A DNA stretch of 63,121 nt, filler included, from Nemertoderma westbladi (GCA_032718475.1; 4 parts of 4 records of this genome joined end to end with filler, not necessarily neighbours in it); one strand, 5' to 3'; counted from the first letter of the whole stretch, positions 47,532-60,691 are shown. Made by a program: numbers and translations. Notes: generated by a model from the letters alone, not told the origin.

Positions 47532-48814
47532 TCTTTTGGTTATAATGACGTGCCATTGTAACCTGCCCTTTTCCCATATGTATGTAGTGATTTATAATAT
47601 ATTTTTTGTGATAATTAATTTTTTTAGTAATTTTCCTGTTGTTAACATTTAGTGAAAAATGATTATTGTTAGAAGGTCGGTAAATCACTGCCTTTTTATT
47701 TAGTATAATAAATGGCCACCAGCGAACGATTATTCTTGCAAACATTGAAATTTGGGTACAAATTTTAGATAATTTTATATAACTTTTTTTGAGAATTTGT
47801 ATACAAGTTTTGCTAACAATAAATGGTGCTTTACTTACGGGGAACACTTCCCACTAATATCTGATAAACTTCTGTAGTAGACACCGGCGAACAGCGAAAA
47901 ACGATTATAATAAATATTATCGGTCAAGTGAATGCCATGGTGTGGTGTAACCATGGCGACCTTTACTAACGTTAATAAGTTAGTAAAGGTCGCCTTGGGT
48001 GTAACCCAGCTCCGGTATTCTTTCTTAATCTTTTTAATTCTTTAAACCATGTCCCGGAAAATATGAATGTCGTACATACAGTTAGTTCACGTAACTCAAC
48101 TACCTATGAGACTCAGACAATAGTACAGGATGAAGAAAACGTTTTCTGGGAAACAGCAGACCACATGGCTTACCATTACTCCCAATAGATAACTGTAGAG
48201 CTATACTTCACAATGAAATTAAAAGTTTTTATAATACGTGAAATATTTATCGAATAGGATGATCTACAAAACGACATATGTTGTAACAATAATGAACATA
48301 ATTCTAATAATGGTCTTCTATTGAAATTATGAGTTTTAGTTCTCTTTGGGCTGAACGTTTCATTTATAGATCTAGTCACATGGCGCATTATCTTATTATA
48401 CAACATTCAATATGCCTCATAAATACGCTATCTACCCGAAAAAAAAAACAGTGCATTGTACAGAAACTGTACGGGTATGCAATAATACCTATATTCGAGG
48501 ATACAGTAGTGTCTTGTCATATTTGAAAGGTACGTAAAGGAAAACAAATAAGTGGCTTTATTAATTGTAAGTCAGTAATTTAATTATTGTTTACTTTCCA
48601 GTACGTCATTGATTGAATTCTTTACTGTTTTTGTGTCATAAGGACAACGGCCACTGTTATTCTATGCAATCAAGTTGGTATGCAATTGCTCAAACTCCTA
48701 AGTATCATTTCATCATCCCATGTCAGCACTGTTCCAACACGTTGCATTTGTGAGATCAGCATCATTTTATATTGCATCAATGTTCAATCCCTATATCTTA
48801 TCATTGGTTACAGG

Positions 48815-49058
48815 ATGAAGTTATTTTTCCTGTTGGCGGTAGTCGTGGTACTGGCGACTTCAGTTGCGGCTAGACACCACGCTCACAGAAAGGCGAAGAT
48901 ACCACCCCATCATGGACAGAATAAGGAGATAGGCTTAGTTAGATACCACGACGAAAAACCAAGTGTGAAGGACCTCGGCACTAACTTAGCTCTGCATAAA
49001 CCCACAAAACAACAATCGACAGCAACGAATGGGGGGAAATCAGAACTTGCTGTTGATG
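48815..49058 (+). CDS. Secreted F-type lectin (fucolectin / F5/8 type C) protein, first coding exon
   Basis: Signal peptide MKLFFLLAVVVVLATSVAA, then TNLALHKPTKQQST...GG.SELAVDG, then donor gttagt. Acceptor ttacag just before the ATG. Confidence 0.8.
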
Positions 49059-49111
49059 GTTAGTTGTCTGTTAGTTCGTGTTCTGTGTTATTTTGGGTCG
49101 TTGATTCGATT

Positions 49112-49250
49112 GGGGGACTTTAGTGCCCGCGAGACGTTAGTGCCCGCGGGCACTAACGTCTCAGGACTTTAGTGCCCGCGAGTCATTAGTGCCCGGGAAC
49201 CATGTCTGCAAGTGAGACGTTAGTGCCCGCGAGTCATTAGTGCCCGCACC
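49112..49250. repeat. Terminus of a DNA transposon with ttagtgcccgcg subterminal repeats
   Basis: Several direct copies and one inverted copy of ttagtgcccg. Confidence 0.6.
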
Positions 49251-49449
49251 TCGCACTGAATTTGGAAGTTAGTATAAGCCAATCCGTTTTTCTTCTTACT
49301 TATACCCAATTCAACCAAAGTCATCGACAACGGCCTCCTCCATTAACATACACCAATTTAATTAAGTCCCTAATTTAATTAACCAAAAGCACTACTTTAC
49401 ATTTAATTCTTCGACAAAATGTCACACAGTCGACTGAGTATTTTTCTTG

Positions 49450-49549
49450 NNNNNNNNNNNNNNNNNNNNNNNNNNNNNNNNNNNNNNNNNNNNTTAATTA
49501 ATTAANNNNNNNNNNNNNNNNNNNNNNNNNNNNNNNNNNNNNNNNNNNN
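49450..49549. other. Artificial contig spacer
   Basis: 44N-TTAATTAATTAA-44N. Confidence 0.97.
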
Positions 49550-50538
49550 GTAAACGTTGAAATTCTACTAATATTATTTTGTTTTCTATCAATTTTCTTA
49601 TAATTTGCGGCGGCCAATACTGCGTATTTAAAGCATTCCCCCAGCGGGCAGTCTACACTTACGGTACATTTTTTATTTAATAATAATTTAGAATTATTGA
49701 AGCCTTGACCCTTTAAATAGGGGTTGCGTTGGGACCGCGCAATCTCAATAGTTATTCGCTCGATGGCTATTATGCGCCAACCCGAGCCGAGACAGAGAAA
49801 CACGCTTAACAGTTGATCGATACGATTGACGGCGCTAGAAAACCAGTTATTAAAGTCGCTATTATTTAGAATTTGATTATTGTTACCGCTAGATTTAAAA
49901 CAGAATGATTCAATTTGAAAACCCTCGCTGGTTTCACGCTCCATTACGATATTGATTGTAAGCCAGACTCTTAAAAAAGTTCCCAAAGCACTTTGTAAAT
50001 GGCTACTAACGTGTTCTTGAATGTGTGGAAAATTTTCGTTTAATGTTAATTCTGCGTCGAGTCTTGTTTCTGCGAGGTCGTTGTTATAGGTAAACAGTCG
50101 TCCGTGTGCGCTTCCGTTAGAGGGTGGTTGAAAGGGATTGTTCGGGGAAATAGAATCTCGCGAAGTTGAAGGTTCGTTATTGGAGCCGCCGCCGCCGACT
50201 TGTTCTGGAGTAGAGTTGATGGAGGATGAGTGGGAGGTAGATGGAGTTTTGCGTTTCCGCGAAAAAAGTCGAGTGTAGCATTCATGCTCAGTAAAGGATG
50301 ATAGGGTGAGCGAATCCCCGCAGCGGCAATCGGCTGGCTCGTTTACGTAACTAAATCCTGTTCCCCCCTGAGGACACGAAACAAGATGGCCAACCAGTGT
50401 CTTCTTTTCCGAGGACCAAGTCGGGCAGCAATCGCATCTATATTGCACGAAATGAGTTTTAATATGGCGGGATAAAGTATCGCTCCGCATCTCTTTGTCG
50501 CAGATGGGGCAGCTAACTTTATTGCTAGACATAGGCAT
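49550..50538 (-). CDS. Polinton/adintovirus-type protein-primed DNA polymerase B N-terminal region with C2H2 zinc fingers (cut by the gap)
   Basis: CPICDKEMRSDTLSRHIKTH finger; F..LGSGWRIIAIERITIEI...L.NKKCTVSV...CFKYAVLAA resembles the conserved GSGW...CF.W/Y.VLA block upstream of invertebrate pPolB. Confidence 0.7.
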
Positions 50539-51627
50539 CTTGAATCTAGAAAAATACGTTGATTATTTGTAAAAAGATAAAAAATACTGTATACTTGCTA
50601 AAAATAAAGTAAAACATTAGATATTAATTGGTTACTAGGCAACAATACTGTGTTTGTATAGTTAGGCCTATTGCTGTATTGTAGCAATCAGTCAGTGAAA
50701 CATAAAGCAGACAGTCGGCAGTGTCTAGTGCAGTAGTGTTAGTGTACCAGCTGCCAGATAGTGGCGATAACCAAGACACAATAGCGATGGCAGTTATTAT
50801 TCGTGGAAAGAGGGTCTATAAACAGCAGTCATCAGTCAGTTAGTGCAGTAGTGCTAGTGATATAGTCTGCTAGAAGTCAGACGTACCGGTAGCGTTAACC
50901 AATACAAATCAACGATAGGCCTAGCTAATCGCTGTGTGAGATCTCAATTAGTCAGTAGGATATATATTGAAAACTGCAGTATTCAGTGTTGTTCAGTAGG
51001 GTCTATATCGTTACTATGATGGCATTAGGCTAACTCGAATGATGGGGTACCGGTAGTCAGGTAGACAAGCAGATAGACAGATGTAGGCCTATTGATCGAA
51101 TGCTTCGATCCCGGTTTAGGCTATCGGTACCACCGCAGTCTGACAGTAATTAATAATGAGCCTACTGCAATACTGTTGTACCGGTAGACATTAAATGTAA
51201 ATTGTTTGCTAGCGGCGTCGATGGAGATGGTGGAAGGCAGATTTTACTTACGGTGGTAGTTAATATTCACGGAAAGATGAAGTTTGGATGTTCGCGAAGA
51301 AGTTGGTTGACGTGGACGACGAGAGAGTTTATTAATCGATAGAACGGAATGGTATCGGAAGAATATTACGCGACGGCTACGCGGAAAGTTTGTTGTCGAC
51401 GATGAACGATAACGCGGCGAAATGACAATAATACAATAATACAACTGGATTGTTGACTGATGATAACAAATAAATATTCTTAATAAATAATATTAAACTC
51501 GAAAACAAAATAATGGTAAATGATGTTAATTGTAAATTGCAATTGAAATAATGACGTAATATATTGACGGGGATGTATTAAATAGCAATTCGGTTATTAA
51601 GGGAGGCCCTCAACCCCGTCTCTTAAA

Positions 51628-51675
51628 TGAGCCAATCAGAGCGCAGCAGCAGAAATGAACCCCGCTGATTGGCTG
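51628..51675. promoter_or_regulatory. Inverted pair of CCAAT boxes upstream of the pPolB-like ORF
   Basis: agccaatcag ... ctgattggct. Confidence 0.35.
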
Positions 51676-52719
51676 TTCATGCATAAGCGGTTACCAGGGC
51701 AACTTCTCGTGTTGATGAATCTATATTAGAAAACTCCTGTAGGCATATTGACTAATTATGTTGAGTTGACTGTATAACAGAAGCAGGTCTGGTGCAAAGG
51801 AAAGGGATTAGTAGAGAGGAATGCGTGATTAGAGGCGCTTCATTGTTATGATACTGGCTGCCTGGATATAGTAAAGGACCCAAGTGATGCTATAGTGAGA
51901 ACAAAGGAGGGCCGCTAGAACATTAGCCTTGAGCGATATACGGATTTGGTGTAGTCAAGGCCGAGATGGGATTATTAGTGAGTCATCAAAGGGGCTGCTA
52001 ACAGACGGGACTGCTCATTTATATTTGCCTTGGGGGTATACGTGTAGATTCACTGCCTGTTGTATCTAGTTAATGAATAATGAGGACAGAGGAGGGGCCC
52101 CCCGCCGATGAACGCAGTTGATAGTTGCCAGTAGGGAGCCGTATACCATAGCCATTATAAAGTTAAAAATAGACATTATGTCATAGTGATCTCATTGGTA
52201 ATATAAAAACTAATTAATCTAAAAATAGAAATCAATGTATAAAATAAAAGTAATACAATTAATTAATTTAAAATAAAGTACAAATGAATAAATAAAGTAA
52301 AATAAAGTACAATTAATTAATTAAAATTAAATATAAATAAGTATTAATGAATAAAAGAGCTGCGGTGTCACTTATGACACCCTCTTGAGCCGGCTCTGCG
52401 ACAGTTGGACAACACTGATGACCCATTGTGTGTCAGGGCGCTAATCAGTCTGATTAATTAGGATAATCAATTAAACCCTAATTAGGAGTCATATGACACC
52501 TGTTAGGGTTTAATTGTACTAATTAATTGATGACACCTGTCAATTAGGGTCTAATTAGCCTAATTGGGAGGTGTCACCCAGACAGTCTGGCGCCAATGAC
52601 ACCCAATGACACCCATATGGTGATAATTGGGTGTCATATGACACCCAATGGGTGTCAGTGAGGTCCAACTGTCGCAGAGCCGCCCAAGACCCTACTACTC
52701 ACACAATCAGAACCACCTT

Positions 52720-55690
52720 AGGAAAGTTAGATTATTGCAGTTGGCATAGGATGCACACAGATTAATTAATTTTTGCAGAGCAGTAGGTGATGTCGAAATA
52801 AGGCAAATATCGTCGGCATAAAAGAAGTGATTAATGCAGACGTGATGAAGTCTAGATCCTATACCAGTATTAGTTAGCTGCGTACTAAGATTATTGGTGT
52901 ATACATTAAAGAAATAGGGGCTCAGAATTCCACCTTGTCTTACACCATTTGTACAGTTAAGGGGGGCACTCTGTAATTGAATGACGTTTTTATTTTCTTA
53001 ATTTTGGCGCGGGACTATGTTCAAAAATAGTAATATTTGGCAAACCTATGTAATATAGATCCAAAAAACTAAAAATCGCAAAAATTTTTTTTTTTAATTT
53101 TAATTTTGCTAATTAACATAATTTATTCAAATTTTTAAAAAAAGGCTTCTAGAACCCCAATTTTGATTCAAATTGTTCAAAATTTGGTTCGAATGTCCGG
53201 AACAATGTTATAAAACGATGCAATTGACAGAATTTAAACATCTGTCTTACTTTTAAAATTATTCCATTTTTTCGAAATTTTTCACCAAAAATAACTAAAA
53301 AACTCGAAAAAGTCACAAAAAATTTCGAATTTTGACTATAACTTTGGTTAAAATCAAAATTTCAAAATTGTGTCAATTGCATAGTTAAAACACTTCATCA
53401 AGACCACGCATGCCAAAAATCAGCCAGTTTTGACCAATTCCCTACAAGTAGTAGCATTTTAAAATATAAAAAAGTGCAAAAAAATGAAATAGGAATAAAT
53501 CCAATTTAAAGTTCGAAAGCAGATTAGTTTGATAAAAATATCTTAGTTTTGCAATATTTTCAGTTAAAATAACTCAATTTACGAATTTTTTTTTTTTTAA
53601 ATGTAGTGCTCCATGTGCTACATGCGGAATTTTCGGTTTTAAGTAAAGATCGCCAATACGATGTATATTAATTAATTAATAAAATATAGTGAGTATGACA
53701 ATATAAAATATAATAGGGAACGATCAAACTGGAGCAAACTGTTTCTGTGTACCTCGAAAAGTTGTTTCTTTCTTTCTAGGCATATCTACAGGTTATATAC
53801 AAATAAGGAATTAGATCTTGAGATCTGGTCGCAAATATAGAGAAATGTAATCTATCATGTAATGTAGTATTCCGGGTTTATCTGTTTATTGCAGTACAGT
53901 ATCCGCGGTAATAATGCAAATCCGTCCCTGTGATTTTGACATTTACGTTCTGGGCATATACTACTGCAATCTTGTAATTCGTGTAATCAGAATTTCAGAA
54001 TCCTAGGCTAACCTAACAGCTGTGACTGTTCTAGCTACCATGAGCTAGGGTTAGGCAGACGGTTCCAGCTAGGATTAGGGAGCAAACGGTTAATATTGGG
54101 GTTAGGGTTAGATTACAGTTAGCTTGGGGTTCTGACTATGTTGACCCTAACCAAAAAAATTAACCCACACTACCGGTACGGCAGTGTGGGTAGGGACAGA
54201 TATGCGTTAGAGCCGAATTCACAGTCAGACAGTACAAGGGAAAGGGACTAATGATCACAGATTCTCGTTTAAATTTACCGCCACTGATGCTTAGATACAG
54301 TTGCTAAGCAACATTACACTGGATACACCAGAAAACCGAAAATAAACTTCTTATGAGTGAAAATACGAAAAATTTGGATATTTTTGTGCCAGATTAAGGT
54401 GTACGAAAGTCCATATATCTCGAAAACTAAAAGTCGCTCTGTCAAACCGTTTGCATATTTGGAATCTCCATTAAAAATCGGCTTAGAACAAAAAATAAAA
54501 AAAATGACCAAAATTCTTCAAAAAAAAAATTTAATTACAGAGTGCCCCCCTTAAATGGAGCAGATAGGTATCCATCCCATAGAACCCTAACAGTTTGATT
54601 CACGTACCAAAAACAAATAATTCTCAAAATATATGGTGGTACACATCTATCAAAAAGTTTATCAAATAATTTAGAATACGATACAGTATCGAATGCCTTT
54701 GAGGCATCTAAGAATGATATGTATACATTAGAACCATTACGTAAATAGTAGTTAATGAGTTCTTTAATTGAATACACACATAATTCCGTGCCTAAGTGTC
54801 GTTTATAACCAAACTGATTGTCATTAGTTACCAGCTTATCACGAATGCGTTCTAGAATAATAATTTCAAAAAGTTTGCCCATGATAGAGGACAATGCTAT
54901 TGGGCGATAGTTAGTGCGGTCAGTTACCAGGCCACTACTATCTTTAATTACAGGCACAAGATTAGATTCTATTATAGACAAGGGTAAAAAACCGTGAATA
55001 AAATAGCATGAATATAAAAAACTTATTAAAATATGTAATCTACGTGGAGCATACAATATATTTTCAGAAAATAATGAATCAGGACCTGATGCCTTATTGC
55101 ATGATAAATGAGAAATAGCACTTAAGACTTCACGTGGGGAAACGAGCATTTCTAAACTAAAGACAATATTAGCGGTTGCTGATTTGACCTTTCCTGACAC
55201 ACTACCAATAGGAGAGTTATTGGAATTAAATAGTAATTTATAATTATCGGCCCACAGATTGCAAATTGCAGGTCCACCACTAGCGTCACCCACCGTTTGG
55301 GGAGGCGTGGTGCGAAAGGTAGTATTACTTTTTACGTGTTTCCAAAAATCACGAGGATTATTGCCAGCAAGCGAATTGGCCAAACGGTCTGATCGAAGTT
55401 GATCGGCATCCCGTTTGGCACCTCGATACGCGCGCTTAAACTGGGCTTTCGCCTTAAGTAGTTGAGCGTGTAATGGACCCCCCCGAGGGCTGTTCATCTC
55501 ACGCCAGATTAAGAAGAGCTCTCTCGAATGGAGGTACTTCTCTTTCACAATTTCGTTCCAACCGGGGATATGGTTGTACTGAGCGGATGCCGCCGAATGA
55601 GTTTTGGAAGAGGGAAAAGATAGGGTTTCTGCCTCCTTTAGAGCCGAAATTATATCGTCGTTGAACCTCGTAATATCCTCTCTATGCCTC
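52720..55690 (-). mobile_element. Non-LTR retrotransposon (RTE-X-like) RT, split by a DNA transposon
   Basis: PGWNE...KASGPD...NYRPIAL...NQFGYK...FLDASKAFDTV (54551-55690) rejoins in frame to NCTNGVRQGGILSP...HFFYADDICL (52720-52960) once the insert and one TTAA are removed. Confidence 0.88.
52961..54550. mobile_element. Kolobok-type non-autonomous DNA transposon
   Basis: TTAA|GGGGGGCACTCTGTAATT ... AATTACAGAGTGCCCCCC|TTAA (18-bp TIR, purine termini, TTAA TSD). Confidence 0.85.
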
Positions 55691-56500
55691 AGTGCCCCAG
55701 TGAGGCATAGTCTATGCCTCAGTGCCCCAGTGAGGCATAGTCTATGCCTCAGTGAGGCATAGTCTATGCCTCAGTGAGGCATAGTCTATGCCTCAGTGAG
55801 GCATAGTCTATGCCTCAGTGAGGCATAGTCTATGCCTCGGTGAGGCATAGTCTATGCCTCAATGCCTCAGTGAGGCATAGTCTATGCCTCAATGCCTCAG
55901 TGAGGCATAGTCTATGCCTCAGGGAGGCATAGTCTATGCCTCAGTAAGTCATAGTCTATGCCTCAGTGCATCAGTGAGTCATAGTCTATGCCTCAGTGAG
56001 GCATAGTCTATGCCTCAGTGAGGCATATTCTATGCCTCAGTGCCTCAGTGAGGCATATTCTATGCCTCAGTGCCTCGGTGAGGCATAGTCTATGCCTCAG
56101 TGAGGCATATTCTATGCCTCAGTGCCTCAGTGAGGCATAGTCTATGCCTCAGTGCCCCAGTGAGGCATAGTCTATGCCCCAGTGAGGCATAGTCTATGCC
56201 TCAGTGAGGCATAGTCTATGCCTCAGTGCCTCAGTGAGTCATAGTCTTTACCTCAGTGAGGCATAGTCTATGCCTCAGTGCCCCAGTGAGGCATAGTCTA
56301 TGCCTCAGTGCCCCAGAGAGGCATAGTCTATGCCTCAGTGCCCCAGTGAGGCATAGTCTATGCCTCAGTGAGGCATAGTCTATGCCTCAGTGAGTCATAG
56401 TCTATGCCTCAGTGAGGCATAGTCTATGCCTCAGTGCCTCAATGAGGCATAGTCTATGCCTCAGTGAGTCATAGTCTATGTCTCAGTGAGGCATAGTCTG
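55682..56500. repeat. Fully palindromic 22/30-bp minisatellite (CTATGCCTCA-G-TGAGGCATAG-T)n
   Basis: A 10-bp arm alternates with its reverse complement, separated by single nucleotides; 8-bp insertion variants. Confidence 0.96.
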
Positions 56501-56564
56501 TGTCAGGTCTTAAATGAGAGTCTTACAAATTCGAACGTCAACGAACAAATTCGACGGTTACTGT

Positions 56565-56655
56565 TCCACTTTGGTGTAGTGGTTGCGTTGAATTCACATC
56601 TCCCGTATGTCATGGGTTCGATCCCTGCATGAACCAGGGCAGTTTTCGTTCGGTC
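56565..56655 (+). mobile_element. tRNA-derived SINE head
   Basis: tccactttggtgtagtggttgcgttgaattcaca...gggttcgatccctgc...cagggcagtttt. Confidence 0.65.
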
Positions 56656-57691
56656 AGCAATAGGCCTAACGTTGCAAAATGCAGTATTATTGCCTAGTAA
56701 CCAATTCATGGCTACTGTATGGTTTTCACTTTGAGACATTTCGCCCTCTAGCGGCAGACTGGGGAACTTCATACTACTCTGTGACTCTGCAAAAGATATA
56801 GCCTATGCCGTAGTAGATGCCGATTGGGGGGTCAAAATTAAGTAATAATATATCTAAATAAGTCTCAAACATCTTGCCTCATGGCTCGCCCCTTAGAACT
56901 CTTAAGCAATATAACTTCATAGTTTTTAAGGAAAACTGGTAAATGAGATGTGTTAATTACGCAACCTCGCAGTCTTAAGTAATTAATTATACAGTAGGTT
57001 AGATCGTTTTGAGAATAGGACCATTGGAAAGAGCGCCCTGATAACCTCAGTACAAAGAAAATTAATACGGATTAACCGGATATAGCTTGTTATTATAAAA
57101 CATAAATTACAGTAGAACAATTAGGGTTGTAAATAAAAACAAATTAAATTGAAGATAAACTGTATATATATAAACTTATGTATTAAAAGAGGGCCCTATT
57201 TAATTATACAGTATACTGAAAATGGTTAGCGATACCATAATTAGATTATCGATAGCGATGCGGCTTCCTTAAATGAGGCAATCCGGACGCAGCACAAAGA
57301 ATTTTAAGAGGGGCCCCGATAAATTGCTCATTCATGCGTAACTGGTAACCTAGGCGATAGCTTGTCTTAATTTTAGGCCCTTTGCTAACATTAACTCCAA
57401 AATAGTTACCAGTAGGGGAGCTGTATACCCTAGGGCTAAATAAGGCTGCAAGTCTATGGTTAGATGTTTCCAATAATGATCTCATTTAGTAGCGGTAAGT
57501 AATATAAAAACTAATTAATCTAAAAATAGAAATCAATGTATAAAGTAAATGTAATACAATTAATTAATTTAAAATTAAATATGAATAAATAAAGTAAAAT
57601 AAATAATTAATTAAAATTAAATATAAATAAATAAGTCTCAAACATCTTGCCTCACGGCTCGCCCCTTAGAACTCTTAAGCAATATAACTTC

Positions 57692-57791
57692 NNNNNNNNN
57701 NNNNNNNNNNNNNNNNNNNNNNNNNNNNNNNNNNNTTAATTAATTAANNNNNNNNNNNNNNNNNNNNNNNNNNNNNNNNNNNNNNNNNNNN
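57692..57791. other. Artificial contig spacer
   Basis: 44N-TTAATTAATTAA-44N. Confidence 0.97.
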
Positions 57792-58689
57792 GACCTGACC
57801 GCACCTAACGACTACTGCTAACTGATCATACATACTGACTGCTGAAACATTGCAAACTCGTAACAATCTGTGTTCAGTTGTTGTTTTATACTGCTATTTA
57901 CTGTCATTTCTTCATAATATGGTTGATGAATTATTATATTTGGAATAACGATAAATAACCCCGAAACCCAATATTCTTGATATACCGAAGGTAAGAGAGA
58001 AAGGTTACCAATAACGATTGTGACTTATGTCGAAGTGGTTTGAAGTGAATCTAATGTTATTTGATAGACCCTACATGAGTCAGCCTGTGTTCCTTTTATA
58101 TGTGACTAAAATCAGTGAAGATTGGCAGATTAGTGTGCAGTATTGTGCAGCATTGTGTATGAGTGAGTCTGTTAAAGAAGCAATTCCTAAAGAATGCGCC
58201 ATATATGTGAATTATAATTAAGCCATATCGTTGTGAGTAGTTTAAGTCATAACTCTGTTTATATAGATAAAGCGCCACGTCCTAAAGGAACTGTTAATAT
58301 TACCGAAGGTGAATAATATTGTCAGAGATTATATAGTACTGTCAGTCGAATAATACATTAGGCTTACATAGCAATAAAATTAAACCGTCGAACCCAATCT
58401 CCCGGGAATATCCAGCGGGTGAATGGTCGCGCACGGATTGGTTTCGACTAGTGTAGTGAATCAAATACTTGTCATAGACTAAAAACAGATTTAATATCTA
58501 GAAGACATCTTAATTTGGTGGGTTAAACTGCCAAAGGTCTGAAAGCGCGAACAGAGGTGGTGGGCACACAGTTGCGCGGCCAAAGTAGCGACTGCCGGGG
58601 GGTGCGGTCGGCTGTGATGTTGTAAAATTACTGGCGGAAGAGGCCACTGCATTTGTAGCCACCCTCCAGCACAACCCTCCTGGTGCCAA

Positions 58690-59930
58690 ATCTGAGAGGC
58701 TTATGCTTGAGACTCCCTCCTGCACCACCACGACCCTAGGGTCGCTAAAGGGTTCGATATCCGTCTACTACTCTCTCAGAGAGTCGAGTTGTGGATCTCT
58801 GGACAACTAGGGTTCCTCCTGTAGGAGCCTAAGCACTGTACCTCCAATTATAGTTCTGTTCACAGGAGCGGAGGACCTCCCACTGAGCACACAGTCCGGA
58901 TATTCATGAGATTGATGCTGGAAGGGAAAGTGCGAAGTGTGGTGAAGTGGGTGACAGGCTGGAAGGCAGGAGGCATAGTAGATCCCAATGGCGAGATTGA
59001 TGATGGAAGATGACAGTTTTGGAGGTGCACCAAGGAAAACACCCAGCAGCTTCCCAGCCACCAATTGATCAGCTACTAGAATCAGTCGAGAACCTTCCCC
59101 TTCGCGTTGACATCGACGTTTCCCACATCGAGGATGCCACCCGTTGGCTCCACGGTGGTGCATGTCCCTCCGACACCCGTTTAGACTCCAACTGCTGGCG
59201 TGACAAACTCCTTATCTTTGGAGCACACAGCGCTCAGTTACGCGACGCAATCGCAAGGATGGTCCGCAGTATGGCCAACACTATTGTCCCATGGGTGTCC
59301 GTCCGTGCCCTCATGCCTGGCCGCCTTATTGCATTGGATAAATGCCCTGGGGTGCGGCCAATCAGAATCGGGAATGTCTGCACCGAATCATGGCCCATTC
59401 CATGGCTCAAGCTACTGGAGTGACAGCATAACATCGACATGTGTCACCAAACAGCTATCCGCTGGCATATCTTCTGGTGTCGAAGCCGCAGTTCGCTCGA
59501 TGGTGGGTATCTTTGAGGAGCGGGCCGATGCTGGTTGGGGGTTCTCATGGGGGACGCATCTAACACTTCCAATCGTCTAAATAGGGTAACAGCCTTGTGG
59601 AATGGCCTGCAGCTAGCTGTGGCCCGATTGCTCATTATTCTTATTTAATTGCTATTGAGGCCACGCTACATTATTCTCACTGTCCAAGGAACAGAGACGA
59701 TTATCTTTAGCGAGGAACGCGCCACTCAGGGGGACCCACTGGCTATGCTAATCTACGTAGCTGGCCTCATCCCCCTCATCCACAAGCTCCGGGATCCAAA
59801 AACGGTACAGAACTGGTTCTCTGATGATTCAGCTGCTGCCGGCAGACTCCCAGACTTTCTTGGATGGTATGAGAAACTCCAGGTTCTCGGCCCCGATTCG
59901 GGTTACTTCCCTGAAGCAAGTGCAGTGGCA
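58690..59930 (+). mobile_element. Degraded CRE-clade non-LTR retrotransposon RT
   Basis: RLIALDKCPGVRPIRIG, GVEAAV, TQGDPLAMLIY, WFSDDSAAAG and GPDSGYFPE across frameshifts. Confidence 0.85.
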
Positions 59931-60691
59931 TGCAGAGAGGGGGTCGGGGGCGAAGGCCCGAGGCGCCACCTTCCAGGGGGCGCCACATTGTGGTGGTTCG
60001 TAGTGGCATCGAAGCCAGCTGACAGTATAATGGTGGTTCCAAGATTACTGTAGCTTATTGTTGCCACTAGTTTTGTTATTTATTATAACATAGTTTGGTA
60101 CTATGGGGCGAGCCACGAAAGGAATCGAGCTTAGCATACGGGTACCCCCAACTCAATCGGTGTGTCTGTCGTTCTTTTGTTCTGTTGTGTTCAGTTTTAA
60201 ATGTTAATAACTCAGCCAAATGTTAATGAAATCTAGCCAAACTTGGTACACATGTAGTCTGGCAAAAGTTTAGCAATTTCCAAGTTGAATTTCCGTGAGG
60301 CCTTCGAGAAGCTAAGATAATAGCAGTTAATTAGATAATTAAGTTGATTAGCGTAAAAACAGCATTTTCAACCTGCCCATTAAAGGATATTAATTATTTT
60401 CTAGTATAAGATTTAAATAATTATACTTAACAATAAATTATACAACTAACTATATTCTCCATACCCCATTCCATTATAGTTTTTAATTAGTTCATGAGAT
60501 TTGCTTTAAGAAATGTGTCTTTAATTGATCTAAACATAATTAACTTATTAATATGCCCCGTCTCCAGCTATAGCTCCCTCCTTCCTTGGCATGCTTGCAA
60601 TAGCAAGCATGCCTACCTAGCTTGGAAGAAGGGGAACCAGTCCAACCCCACCTCGCCTCTACTCAAAGGCAGCATTGTAATGAGCCAGGCG

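Larger units (their letters stand above)
49550..52699 (-). mobile_element. One end of a Polinton/Maverick-like element
   Basis: Minus-strand terminus 5'-AGTAGTAGGG at 52699, subterminal hairpin, and an inward-pointing pPolB-like ORF. LINE sequence lies immediately outside. Confidence 0.6.
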
